A stretch of 32,028 bases of DNA, taken from IMG/VR virus record IMGVR_UViG_3300008111_001458, one strand, 5' to 3'. The notes beneath the pieces are model-generated. The model was given only the letters and a program-made list of their open reading frames with translations, made no database searches and was not told the DNA's origin. Positions 16,968-25,273 of the stretch are shown here, one piece after another; the stretch's first letter is position 1, and the number at the start of each line of letters is the position of its first letter. A program made the position numbers and the translations under genes. This DNA is from a virus (taxonomy: Duplodnaviria; Heunggongvirae; Uroviricota; Caudoviricetes).

Positions 16968-17803
16968 TGAAATCATTCCGCAATTATCTTTATGAAGTAG
17001 AACGTAGACGTCAGCCTGATGAGGATGATGATTCTGAACGTAAGCCTACTAAAGACAAACAGAAAGATCCTTTTGCGGACTTTGATGATCTATTTGCTCC
17101 TCGAGATGACAAGTTACCTGCTGCCCCAGAACCGGAGCGCAGACAAGAGGAACCACCACGTGACGATGGAGATAGACGCAGACGTGCTAGTCAGGCTGAT
17201 ACACAACGAGCAGCTGGTAATATAGCACCAAATCAACGTATGCGTGATCTGTTAGGTCGTATGCGTGATATTGAAAATGATCCAGATGATCCAGGATATC
17301 CTGATCCAGAACCACCGCAAGATTTGCCCGATGTTAGAGTGAACAATCAAAACTTACCAGCGGTAGCAGGTGCTAATCTAAGAGCAGCAGGAGTTCAAGA
17401 TCCAGACTTTCATAAGGTATCTAACTTACCAGGCAATATGAGTCGTGCTATTCGTACATTAGGCCGTCAACTGTTTAGATCATTTACCACAACAGATACA
17501 AACGACATCTGGATGGTAGGTAATTTAGGTGGGCAAGGTCCTAACTCAAGACAAGAAGTAAATGCAGTTGCTGGGTGGGTTAGGAATAACGGTGAAGATA
17601 TTGGTACTGGTGATATTGATTTTGATACTAGTATTCCTGGATATCAAGCAGAAATACAACAGTATTCAGCTGGCGGCATTCGTTGGCTATTAGTAAGAGA
17701 TGAATTTGGTGACTATATCTATAGTTGGCCAGAAGCAGATAGTGTGGGACATAATCGTGCTGCACAAATAGGTCGTGACCGACCACGTCTAGGAAATGAT
17801 TAA
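16967..17803 (+). CDS. hypothetical late protein, Pro/Asp/Arg-rich N-half (start corrected to 16967)
   Basis: TAATG coupling; MKSFRNYLYE-V start. Confidence 0.65.
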   Translation: MKSFRNYLYEVERRRQPDEDDDSERKPTKDKQKDPFADFDDLFAPRDDKLPAAPEPERRQEEPPRDDGDRRRRASQADTQRAAGNIAPNQRMRDLLGRMRDIENDPDDPGYPDPEPPQDLPDVRVNNQNLPAVAGANLRAAGVQDPDFHKVSNLPGNMSRAIRTLGRQLFRSFTTTDTNDIWMVGNLGGQGPNSRQEVNAVAGWVRNNGEDIGTGDIDFDTSIPGYQAEIQQYSAGGIRWLLVRDEFGDYIYSWPEADSVGHNRAAQIGRDRPRLGND

Positions 17804-17811
17804 ATAAAATT

Positions 17812-18678
17812 ATGACAAACGCTGGAAAATTATTTGCCGATATGTATAAAGAATCTCTCACAGAGGCTTCTACCACTGGAGATATTATTAAAAGTAAACC
17901 TGGTGGTTCGGCCATTATGAAAGATCTACACACCACCGAACAAACTCCACATGATTTAAAATATGATAAAATAGAAAAAATCAGTTGGAGTGAGTTAAAA
18001 GATTACAGTCGTAAGAGCTGGGTAGTTATTGTAGGTTCCGAAGGAACTGGTGCAATTAAAGTCGATAACAATACATATCTTGCCAAAGCTGCTAAAGCAG
18101 ATGGTGAAGTTAAAAGTTTTAGAAATGACAGAGGCGGCAATATATTAGATTTCCTTAAAGGTAACATTGGAAAATTAAGAGAGTTTCATGTAGCTTTAAA
18201 ACAAAAAGATACCTCGGATACTCAAAGACAGCGAAAAGAACTTAATAAGAAACCCGATGCCGTTAAAGTAAGTCAAGAATCTCTTGTACAAAAATTCAAA
18301 CCTTTATGGACTAAAGCTATTAATTCAGCCATTGTGGATATTAAAGGTCACGTAGTAAATCAAATTAAAAATGATGCATTTGAAAAAGCAGAAAAGAAAT
18401 TACATCATATTAAAAATTTAGAAAATGCTATACAAAATATGAATCAAGATAGATATGGAACAGTTAGTATTATTAAAAGTTCAGTAAATGTAGCAGTCAT
18501 GATGACCGCTGCTCATTACTATCCAGAAAAAACTGGCGATATAACAAAAGATCGTAATGGGTATTCTGTTCAAAATAGAGAAGGTGTGAATCAATTGTTA
18601 ACAGATCTTGAACAAGGTGATACAGCTAAACTTGGAACAGTCCTAGCATTCTTTAAAAGGACATTGATATCAGGATGA
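17812..18678 (+). CDS. hypothetical late protein (288 aa)
   Basis: TAAATA at 17801; ESLTE-A motif near N-terminus. Confidence 0.65.
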   Translation: MTNAGKLFADMYKESLTEASTTGDIIKSKPGGSAIMKDLHTTEQTPHDLKYDKIEKISWSELKDYSRKSWVVIVGSEGTGAIKVDNNTYLAKAAKADGEVKSFRNDRGGNILDFLKGNIGKLREFHVALKQKDTSDTQRQRKELNKKPDAVKVSQESLVQKFKPLWTKAINSAIVDIKGHVVNQIKNDAFEKAEKKLHHIKNLENAIQNMNQDRYGTVSIIKSSVNVAVMMTAAHYYPEKTGDITKDRNGYSVQNREGVNQLLTDLEQGDTAKLGTVLAFFKRTLISG

Positions 18679-19817
18679 AACTAACACAAATTATTCTAGA
18701 AGCAAACATTGCTGCCAAATTAAAAGATCCTAAAATTATAAAAATGTTAGGTATTGCCGTGCGTCACGACGAAACTTTACCAAAACATAAGATAGCAGCA
18801 TTAGGTCCAAAACCTGAAGATGATCAGATTCTTAATTTATGGAGCGAAATACTAGATCAAAGTTTAAGCTCAACTAATTATGGTAATATATCTACCGATG
18901 GTAAATTTGATGATTGGTTAACACGTCTTTATATTAATGGCGTGGTTGATTATGAGGATATCAGCGGAGAAGGTGGAGACGCTCTCGGTGCTTGGAAGGC
19001 TCTGAGTATACGAGGTAAATTAAAGCCAGAACATCAAGACTTTAACAAATTTAAAAGCATAAAAGAAATACAACGTATCGTAAGAATGCAAGAATATCGT
19101 ACAGAATTAGATAGAATTAAAAATGCCGAAGTTATTGAAAAACATAAGCGTGAAAAGAAAGAAACCACACTTATAGATAACGAACGTTTCTTGATTACAC
19201 TGCCTTATAACTACGGTGCTTGCTATACATTTAATAATTCTGCAGGATTCCAAGCCAGCTTCTGTACAGGATCTAGTTCGGGGCTACGTTGGTTCGAACG
19301 CTATGCTCCAGAAGGTCCAATTATTTCTATTTTTGATAAACAAAATCAAGAAGATGAAAATGGTAAATGGCAAATGCATGCCCCAACCGGACAGATGAAC
19401 AACGGAGATCAAAGCGTAACTTATAGAAGTGGTGACAAAAGGTTTTCAGAATTATATCCTGGATTAATGAAAGAAATTATTGCAGCCATGCAGCAAAAGG
19501 CTGAAGAAATTAAAACCAATTCTACTGAAATTACCAGTGGCGGGTACGATGTTGAAGCAGCAATTAATGACATTAAAGATAAGTTACCTTCTTCTTACGC
19601 ATCAGAAGCTCCTAAACCAGAAGTTGAACCAGAAGCCGAACCAGGAGCACAAGTTGACGGTCCTGGAGAATATCTAGTTACACATACTCCTACTGGTAGA
19701 CAGGCACGTATTAATGCAGACGGTCGTGATGATGCACAACAGAAGTTATTACAAAGACATCCTAATATTAATTTAGATGACTTTACATTTGAATTACAGC
19801 CCGGAGAGGCTCAATAA
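18675..19817 (+). CDS. hypothetical late protein (380 aa)
   Basis: ATGA coupling; MKLTQIILE-A start; central FCTG..F..Y..EGP...WQMH segment; separate small C-terminal domain after an acidic Pro linker. Confidence 0.65.
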   Translation: MKLTQIILEANIAAKLKDPKIIKMLGIAVRHDETLPKHKIAALGPKPEDDQILNLWSEILDQSLSSTNYGNISTDGKFDDWLTRLYINGVVDYEDISGEGGDALGAWKALSIRGKLKPEHQDFNKFKSIKEIQRIVRMQEYRTELDRIKNAEVIEKHKREKKETTLIDNERFLITLPYNYGACYTFNNSAGFQASFCTGSSSGLRWFERYAPEGPIISIFDKQNQEDENGKWQMHAPTGQMNNGDQSVTYRSGDKRFSELYPGLMKEIIAAMQQKAEEIKTNSTEITSGGYDVEAAINDIKDKLPSSYASEAPKPEVEPEAEPGAQVDGPGEYLVTHTPTGRQARINADGRDDAQQKLLQRHPNINLDDFTFELQPGEAQ

Positions 19818-19915
19818 CACCTACCTTAGGACGTTATCGTTACTTTAGGTGTGCCCGGCTGCTGGGCAGAACGTTATGGGAGTCGTGCCCCGGAATGGCG
19901 TTCTAAGTGAGCACT
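19817..19915 (+). ncRNA. putative structured RNA with loops antisense to 23S H69-70 and the 16S 530 loop
   Basis: Three stem-loops with G-U pairs on the + strand; loop 1 region pairs with 22 of 24 nt of 23S 1910-1933; loop 2 region gives a perfect 10-nt complement of 16S 518-527 (E. coli numbering). Confidence 0.65.
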
Positions 19916-19918
19916 AAT

Positions 19919-20503
19919 TCAACTAACTATCTTTTGATAGATTTCTTTCCAGTTCTTGACTCGTGGTATCGCTGAATCTTCGTAATCCATATTGTGTCCG
20001 TGTTCCATCAGTAGACTTTTAAGACCTAGGCTATTGCCAACTTGACAGTTAACAATTTTATCTTCAATCCACCACAGTCCGCTATCACGATAAGGTTCTA
20101 AGGCTTCATCTTTGTCTGCACCTGTGTCTAAGAAAATAAATTTTTCAAATGCTGTTTCTCCAAACAATTTCTTTAAATTCATTTTACGTAGTTCTTGTGC
20201 ATTTTCATCTTTACTCAATGATGTAATACAATGAAACACATACCCATGTTCTTCGTGTAGCCGTTTTACATAATACATAGCATCGCGCAATGGAGGCAGG
20301 AATCCCATGTGTGCAGATTCGTTAAAAATCTTTATAAGCTTTTTACCTTGATCCATGTCAATGCCATAACGGGCACCAATATTGTATTTTAAGTTTCCAC
20401 CATCAACTTTATTAAAGCCATGCTGTCGCATGTACACATCAAAAGCGTATTCCCAATCTAGCAGAACACCGTCTGCATCTGTTAATATAATTTTATTTTT
20501 CAT
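19919..20503 (-). CDS. HAD superfamily hydrolase, 5'(3')-deoxyribonucleotidase-like
   Basis: ILTDADGVLLDW (DxD motif I), ITSL (motif II), K, WIEDKIVN (motif IV). Confidence 0.85.
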   Translation of the reverse strand: MKNKIILTDADGVLLDWEYAFDVYMRQHGFNKVDGGNLKYNIGARYGIDMDQGKKLIKIFNESAHMGFLPPLRDAMYYVKRLHEEHGYVFHCITSLSKDENAQELRKMNLKKLFGETAFEKFIFLDTGADKDEALEPYRDSGLWWIEDKIVNCQVGNSLGLKSLLMEHGHNMDYEDSAIPRVKNWKEIYQKIVS

Positions 20504-20691
20504 ATTGTGATATCTATGTTTTGTCCTAATCGATTATCAAGTTCCCTGGCTCTTTGCATATTTTCTATTTTTAGTTTATCAAGATGTTGTTGATGATCTA
20601 CTCTATCGTCATACAGAGTTTTATCTCGCATTTTCGTAAGATAACGTGCATATTCTTCGTAGTAGCGTACTGTAGTGGGATTGATTTTCAT
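20500..20691 (-). CDS. hypothetical protein (63 aa; start corrected to 20691)
   Basis: ATGA overlaps at both ends. Confidence 0.6.
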   Translation of the reverse strand: MKINPTTVRYYEEYARYLTKMRDKTLYDDRVDHQQHLDKLKIENMQRARELDNRLGQNIDITI

Positions 20692-20900
20692 TTGTAGAAT
20701 AATCCTATAACATAGATAATTAATAGACCAATATTGATTACTACTAAATTCCATTCTTTAATCCGTAAACTCCAAATCAAATATAGAACAGCACCAATGT
20801 TAAGCAACCAAATATTTGTAGGATCAATTCTTAAACTGGTACACATGGCCCCTGCTAATGTTATAAAACAAGCAGTCCATTTTAGGATAGAGTTTAGCAT
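20688..20900 (-). CDS. small membrane protein (3 TM)
   Basis: Three hydrophobic segments; consensus promoter directly upstream. Confidence 0.7.
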   Translation of the reverse strand: MLNSILKWTACFITLAGAMCTSLRIDPTNIWLLNIGAVLYLIWSLRIKEWNLVVINIGLLIIYVIGLFYK

Positions 20901-20906
20901 ATTGTG

Positions 20907-20935
20907 ATTATATAATCTGTTATTGAGTATGTCAA
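20907..20935 (-). promoter_or_regulatory. consensus sigma70 promoter (leaderless transcript)
   Basis: TTGACA (20935-20930), 17 nt, TATAAT (20912-20907), 6 nt, ATG (20900). Confidence 0.85.
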
Positions 20936-20937
20936 GC

Positions 20938-20945
20938 TATAAATA
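20938..20945 (+). promoter_or_regulatory. T4-type late promoter
   Basis: Exact TATAAATA, 4 nt before the desaturase ATG at 20950. Confidence 0.75.
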
Positions 20946-20949
20946 CTTG

Positions 20950-21654
20950 ATGGAAATTATTATAGCAACGTTAGTGATGACGCACATCACAATAGTGTGC
21001 GTTACACTATATCTACACAGAAGCCAGGCGCATAGAGGATTAGAGTTTCATCCTATAGTCAGTCATTTTATGCGTTTTTGGTTATGGCTCACAACCGGTA
21101 TGACTACAAAACAATGGGTTGCAATACATCGCAAACACCATCAAATTACAGACGTGGAAGGCGATCCGCACAGCCCGCATGTATTTGGAATATGGACCTT
21201 AATGTTTAGTGGTTGGAGTTTATATAATAACGCCGCCAAAGATCCCGAGTTCGTAGTCAAGTACGGAATGGGCACTCCTAACGACTGGATTGAACACAAG
21301 CTTTATACACCTCACCACAAACTTGGTATTCTCTTAATGCTGATCATAGACTTATTGTTATTTGGACCATGGGGATTCTTAGTGTGGGGCGTTCAGATGA
21401 TATGGATTCCATTCTGGGCCGCTGGTTTTATCAACGGTGTTGGTCATTGGTGGGGATATCGTAATGGCGATACAAATGATTACAGTCACAATGTTAGCCC
21501 AATAGGTATTCTTATCGGTGGTGAAGAGCTACACAACAATCATCACTTAGATCCAGCAAATCCTAAACTAAGTCGTAAGTGGTTTGAATTTGACATTGGG
21601 TGGATGTGGTTTAAGATATTTGAGTTTTTGAAATTAGCAAAACTTAGAACATAA
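20950..21654 (+). CDS. membrane fatty acid desaturase (delta-9/DesA-like)
   Basis: Three His boxes: HRSQAH, HRKHH, HNNHH; TM segments; start 20950 fits the late promoter. Confidence 0.93.
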   Translation: MEIIIATLVMTHITIVCVTLYLHRSQAHRGLEFHPIVSHFMRFWLWLTTGMTTKQWVAIHRKHHQITDVEGDPHSPHVFGIWTLMFSGWSLYNNAAKDPEFVVKYGMGTPNDWIEHKLYTPHHKLGILLMLIIDLLLFGPWGFLVWGVQMIWIPFWAAGFINGVGHWWGYRNGDTNDYSHNVSPIGILIGGEELHNNHHLDPANPKLSRKWFEFDIGWMWFKIFEFLKLAKLRT

Positions 21655-21686
21655 AGAAAAAGCACCCGAAGGTGCTTTTCTTTTTT
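21655..21686. terminator. bidirectional intrinsic terminator
   Basis: AAAAGCACC-CGAA-GGTGCTTTT with A and T tracts, between convergent genes. Confidence 0.88.
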
Positions 21687-21712
21687 CTAGTATATTACTC
21701 TACGAGCGTATA

Positions 21713-21982
21713 TTATTTCTTCACGCCGCTATTAACAAATGCGTACATTTTTTCGGCGGTTTCAAGTACTTTATCTAGACCTGGAAACTCTGGCATGCCA
21801 ACCTTAGTAAGAACTTGTCCAGTTTTCTCATCACGAGAAACTGACATTTCCCAACCGCGAAACTTTGAATGAAAGTCTTCGCTAACTAAGCTCTTAGCCA
21901 TGTCTAGGATGTCTGTACGGATTTCATATCCGTTTTTATTAAATTTAACTTCTGGTAGTCTAGGGGTATCAAAATTTGACAT
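21713..21982 (-). CDS. hypothetical phage protein (89 aa)
   Basis: Strong AAAGGAG RBS; NKNGYEIR..IL.MAK and P.FP...VLETAEKMYAFV motifs. Confidence 0.75.
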   Translation of the reverse strand: MSNFDTPRLPEVKFNKNGYEIRTDILDMAKSLVSEDFHSKFRGWEMSVSRDEKTGQVLTKVGMPEFPGLDKVLETAEKMYAFVNSGVKK

Positions 21983-22071
21983 AATTTTCTCCTTTGTGTG
22001 TATGTCCGTACTATCAAGCTACTTCTGTTTCGCTGACAGTTTAGTATATATGCCTAAAATAAAAAAAACAA

Positions 22072-22647
22072 TTATTTTATGACGCTATCTATCCGTTTGC
22101 GAATTATTTCTATTACTGGTTCTGCCAATACCACTTCATAGTGATTGTAGCCAACCTCTACTAGTTCCATATCCTCGTGGTGCTTCTGACTATGTATACT
22201 GACTACTCCGTCGTTAGGAACTAAGATAAAAGGACTGCGACCCGTAGTAGTAACTATGTTAGTCCAAGGATGCTGTATCTTAATTTTAGCAGCTTCACGC
22301 ATAGCCCAACTGCTAGGCCCTATGTCACGCATAAGTCTGCTAAATGGCAAGAAGTATTGAGCATAGTCTGCTACTTCTGCACCGCCATAAGGTGTGCTTA
22401 GAGTTACTGCTCCTAGAACATGTGCGGGCAAATGATGACTAAGGTGTAAGGCATAAATCCCTCCTAGACTATGAGCAATAAAAAAGCACTGTTTTGAAGC
22501 CATTAAACTGATCTTCATAGAGGCTAAGTTATGCTCAAACCCATCGCGGCTGTCGTAGTTTAGATCTAGCCCTGCACCTAATTGGCTTCTAATATGATTA
22601 AAGCTTTCACTAGTGGCATTGGCCCCGTGTATATAAACCAATTGCAT
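22072..22647 (-). CDS. alpha/beta hydrolase (esterase/lipase-like)
   Basis: YIHGA oxyanion loop, AHSLGG nucleophile elbow, NDGVV (Asp), NHYEV (His); TAAATA (minus) at 22652-22657. Confidence 0.88.
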   Translation of the reverse strand: MQLVYIHGANATSESFNHIRSQLGAGLDLNYDSRDGFEHNLASMKISLMASKQCFFIAHSLGGIYALHLSHHLPAHVLGAVTLSTPYGGAEVADYAQYFLPFSRLMRDIGPSSWAMREAAKIKIQHPWTNIVTTTGRSPFILVPNDGVVSIHSQKHHEDMELVEVGYNHYEVVLAEPVIEIIRKRIDSVIK

Positions 22648-22661
22648 GGATTATTTACTGG

Positions 22662-22781
22662 TTATTTGGCCATTATACGTTTAGCTCCGTCGTAGTCGCC
22701 TCTACGAGCAAGATAAGTGGCGGCACGAGCTTTGCCAAAAGATTCAAATACTGACCAAATATAGTTAAGAACTGTTTTCAT
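22662..22781 (-). CDS. small basic amphipathic protein (39 aa; not in ORF track)
   Basis: AAGGA RBS; MKTVLNYIWSVFESFGKARAATYLARRGDYDGAKRIMAK; ATGA overlap with the upstream gene. Confidence 0.7.
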   Translation of the reverse strand: MKTVLNYIWSVFESFGKARAATYLARRGDYDGAKRIMAK

Positions 22782-22954
22782 AGATAATTTTCCTTATGGG
22801 AGTTAAATTGCTGGATATAATTTTCCAACTGTGCAGCATCGGTAATGCCTTTGGTGCTTAGATATTCTTCTAAGCGATTTTGATAGCTAGATCCCGGAAA
22901 CATTTCTGATAACCGTTCTAAAATTCTTAGCATTCTGTTTGATATGTGTTTCAT
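22778..22954 (-). CDS. small helical protein, DUF3563-like (58 aa; start corrected to 22954)
   Basis: GAGG RBS; LERLSEMF...RLEEYLS...D..QLE pattern; TAAATA (minus) at 23001-23006. Family resemblance is tentative. Confidence 0.6.
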   Translation of the reverse strand: MKHISNRMLRILERLSEMFPGSSYQNRLEEYLSTKGITDAAQLENYIQQFNSHKENYL

Positions 22955-23100
22955 ATTGTCCTCTGTAAGTGTGTGTAGATTCTTATGGTTTCTACTGATA
23001 TATTTATGTTGCACCCGCACATACAAAATTTTACTATACTAAATTTTTTTGTTACAATACAATTAAATTGGTTAAATACTTGAACAGGCTAAATTATTCT

Positions 23101-23370
23101 ATGAAACTAAAAACACGATCAATATTACAAGAGCTGAATTCAATAGCTGAAGTGCGCCACACTGATGCTGTTGTAGAAAGTCGTGCCGTTAACGTTATTA
23201 ATTCGGCCATTAACCTAATTGAATCAATTAAAAATAATTACAGTGCTGAGGAAGCCGATGAATTAGAGCGTAGATTGATCAATGCTATCAAAGGGCAGGA
23301 TACCTCCAAATTTTCCAGAGGTATTCGTAAAATTGCTGAAGATCGCAAAATTAACAAAAAACCCCTCTAA
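23101..23370 (+). CDS. hypothetical late protein (start corrected to 23101)
   Basis: TAAATA at 23073; MKLKTRSILQE start. Confidence 0.7.
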   Translation: MKLKTRSILQELNSIAEVRHTDAVVESRAVNVINSAINLIESIKNNYSAEEADELERRLINAIKGQDTSKFSRGIRKIAEDRKINKKPL

Positions 23371-23446
23371 AACCATAATTTTTTCCAATCAAAATAAATA
23401 CTATGCCAGCCTCTGAGCGAGGCTTTGATTATGAGGAGAAAATATC

Positions 23447-23809
23447 ATGGCAGATCTATTAAACGAAACAGTTGCAGCCAATTATGGCAAGCATGTAATC
23501 AACCAAGCTGACGTAGGTCGTGAGCTTATTGTTAAAGTTGCTTTAACTAACATGACAAACGCAAACGTTACAGCTATCCGTAACGCAATCACTCTACCAG
23601 GTGGTTCAGGCGGTACATTACCAGCCGACACCGGTGATGCATTTACTGTAGCAGCTATTGGTACAGCAGATGGTTCAGCTTTTGTAAGCGGAACAACTGA
23701 CGTTATCTATATGCGTGTTCAAGGTACAGGTACATTCAGTACTGTTGATGCAGCAGGTGCAACTGGTGCTACTGTAACTGTTGAAGCAATCTTTACACCA
23801 GCACTATAA
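23447..23809 (+). CDS. probable abundant virion structural protein (120 aa)
   Basis: Own TAAATA (23395), 5' hairpin, GAGGAG RBS, biased codons, strong terminator; Ala/Thr/Gly/Val-rich. Confidence 0.65.
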   Translation: MADLLNETVAANYGKHVINQADVGRELIVKVALTNMTNANVTAIRNAITLPGGSGGTLPADTGDAFTVAAIGTADGSAFVSGTTDVIYMRVQGTGTFSTVDAAGATGATVTVEAIFTPAL

Positions 23810-23833
23810 TTTCCACTCGGGATGGGAAGGAAG

Positions 23834-23860
23834 AGAGCGGATTTATTCCGCTCTTTTTTT
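23834..23860 (+). terminator. intrinsic terminator
   Basis: AGAGCGGA-TTTAT-TCCGCTCT followed by a T tract. Confidence 0.88.
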
Positions 23861-23883
23861 ATCTGCGTAAATAGTAGCACATT

Positions 23884-24276
23884 ATGGCAAGATACACCAT
23901 CATCACACTAGTAGACATTACTAGAACACAACCAACAAGATCTGAAACAGACAAAATTAAATTAGGCCAACAATCTAATTTTAACAGTCTACTTCAGGCC
24001 ATTGGTTTACGATCAAATGTCAGTTGGGATACTGATCCAAAAATGCATACTGGTTCAATACCTACAACAGACGGTAAAGCCAATCACTGGATTTGGGAGT
24101 TTGATACAGAACGCGATGACAGTTTTTTAAAAGATAAGGATCCAGTGGGATTATTGGTAGATGATTTACACGGTGTTCCTATAATAACTAATCTTAATGA
24201 AAATACAGATATTCATCCTGCTGCTTTTGTATCTAAAGGTGACAATACCAATACATGGATAAAATCCAATCATTGA
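23884..24276 (+). CDS. hypothetical late protein (130 aa)
   Basis: TAAATA at 23868. Confidence 0.7.
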   Translation: MARYTIITLVDITRTQPTRSETDKIKLGQQSNFNSLLQAIGLRSNVSWDTDPKMHTGSIPTTDGKANHWIWEFDTERDDSFLKDKDPVGLLVDDLHGVPIITNLNENTDIHPAAFVSKGDNTNTWIKSNH

Positions 24277-24366
24277 TAAATATTCAGTAAAGGCACATTT
24301 ATCTAGGCAATTTCACAAGGCACATATCCGAAAGGAACTTGACCAACAACAGGAGATTAGCCTAAA

Positions 24367-24756
24367 ATGGCGCGAGTAGCAATGTTACAGCCAGTCGCGG
24401 AGCGTGTCAGCGTACTGGAAACAAAAGTTGAGAATATCGACGAAAAAATTGACGATCTTAAAGTAGATGTCAGAGACATGCACGATTGTCTAGATCGTAC
24501 CAGAGATTTATTAGATGCTAAATTAGACGAAATGTTAACCGAATACAAAGCTAACAGAGATAAATTTTATGAACATGCTGATCGTTTACATTTAGAAGAC
24601 GCTGCGGCACATGCAACTTTAGCAGCTAAGATTGAATCACTAGAAAAACAGAAACATAAATTTGTAATGTACGCTATGGTTGGATTGGCGTTTGCAGCAG
24701 GAGCAGGGTGGATTAATCAATTAGATCTTAATTCAATTGTCAAATTCTTTTTATAA
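24367..24756 (+). CDS. coiled-coil protein with C-terminal TM anchor
   Basis: Heptads VLETKVENIDEKIDDLKVDV; C-terminal FVMYAMVGLAFAAGAGWI; AGGAG RBS. Confidence 0.7.
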   Translation: MARVAMLQPVAERVSVLETKVENIDEKIDDLKVDVRDMHDCLDRTRDLLDAKLDEMLTEYKANRDKFYEHADRLHLEDAAAHATLAAKIESLEKQKHKFVMYAMVGLAFAAGAGWINQLDLNSIVKFFL

Positions 24757-24776
24757 CAATCAAACATAGTTTAAAT

Positions 24777-24801
24777 AAAAGGGCCCAGTGGGCCCTTTTT
24801 T
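24777..24801 (+). terminator. intrinsic terminator
   Basis: AAAAGGGCCC-AGT-GGGCCCTTTTTT. Confidence 0.8.
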
Positions 24802-25242
24802 ATGTCTAACTTAAATTCAAAACTACAACAGGTAGTTGAACGCACTCATCGAAAGTTATATGAACAGGACCGAATTATGCCTGTTAAAACCAGCGAAGGT
24901 ATACTGGTTGGTAACGTTCTTATAGCGTCTGTTGGACATGTAAAAAATCTTTATCAAGATAATATTTTGATCTATAAAGAAATAAGTTTAAATGTTGTGG
25001 CTATTAAAATTGCTAACATTTTAACAAAAAGTGGAACTACAGCCAGGGCTGAAGCACTGTATCGAGCTGATCAAGAGTACGGGCGATGGCTTCAAGAAAG
25101 CCAATTTTTAAGGCATAAGTATCAAATAGCTCGCAAAAATGGTAACAACGACCGTGCTGATATATATCTAGCCAGGTACTGCACAGCTAGAGACAAGGCA
25201 AAAAACGCACATTCACACGTACTTGCTTTGGCTGCGTTCTGA
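24802..25242 (+). CDS. hypothetical protein (146 aa)
   Basis: ORF directly after the terminator; TAAATA at 24772. Confidence 0.65.
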   Translation: MSNLNSKLQQVVERTHRKLYEQDRIMPVKTSEGILVGNVLIASVGHVKNLYQDNILIYKEISLNVVAIKIANILTKSGTTARAEALYRADQEYGRWLQESQFLRHKYQIARKNGNNDRADIYLARYCTARDKAKNAHSHVLALAAF

Positions 25243-25273
25243 ATAAATATACGATAATTCTGGATTTTAACTT

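Noticed and set aside
17237-17269. CGTATGCGTGAT direct repeat
   Set aside because: Two copies only, encoding RMRD twice; explained by protein low complexity.
19817-19915. rRNA gene fragment, tRNA/T-loop, or known riboswitch/ribozyme
   Set aside because: Matches are short, come from both rRNAs and are set in non-rRNA stems; no cloverleaf; no hammerhead, glmS, TPP, FMN or cobalamin consensus recognised. Kept as a novel ncRNA candidate.
24290-24325. Mini CRISPR array
   Set aside because: Repeats are only 9 nt with an 18-nt gap, and there are no cas genes; the 27540 nuclease lacks the Cas4 Fe-S Cys cluster.
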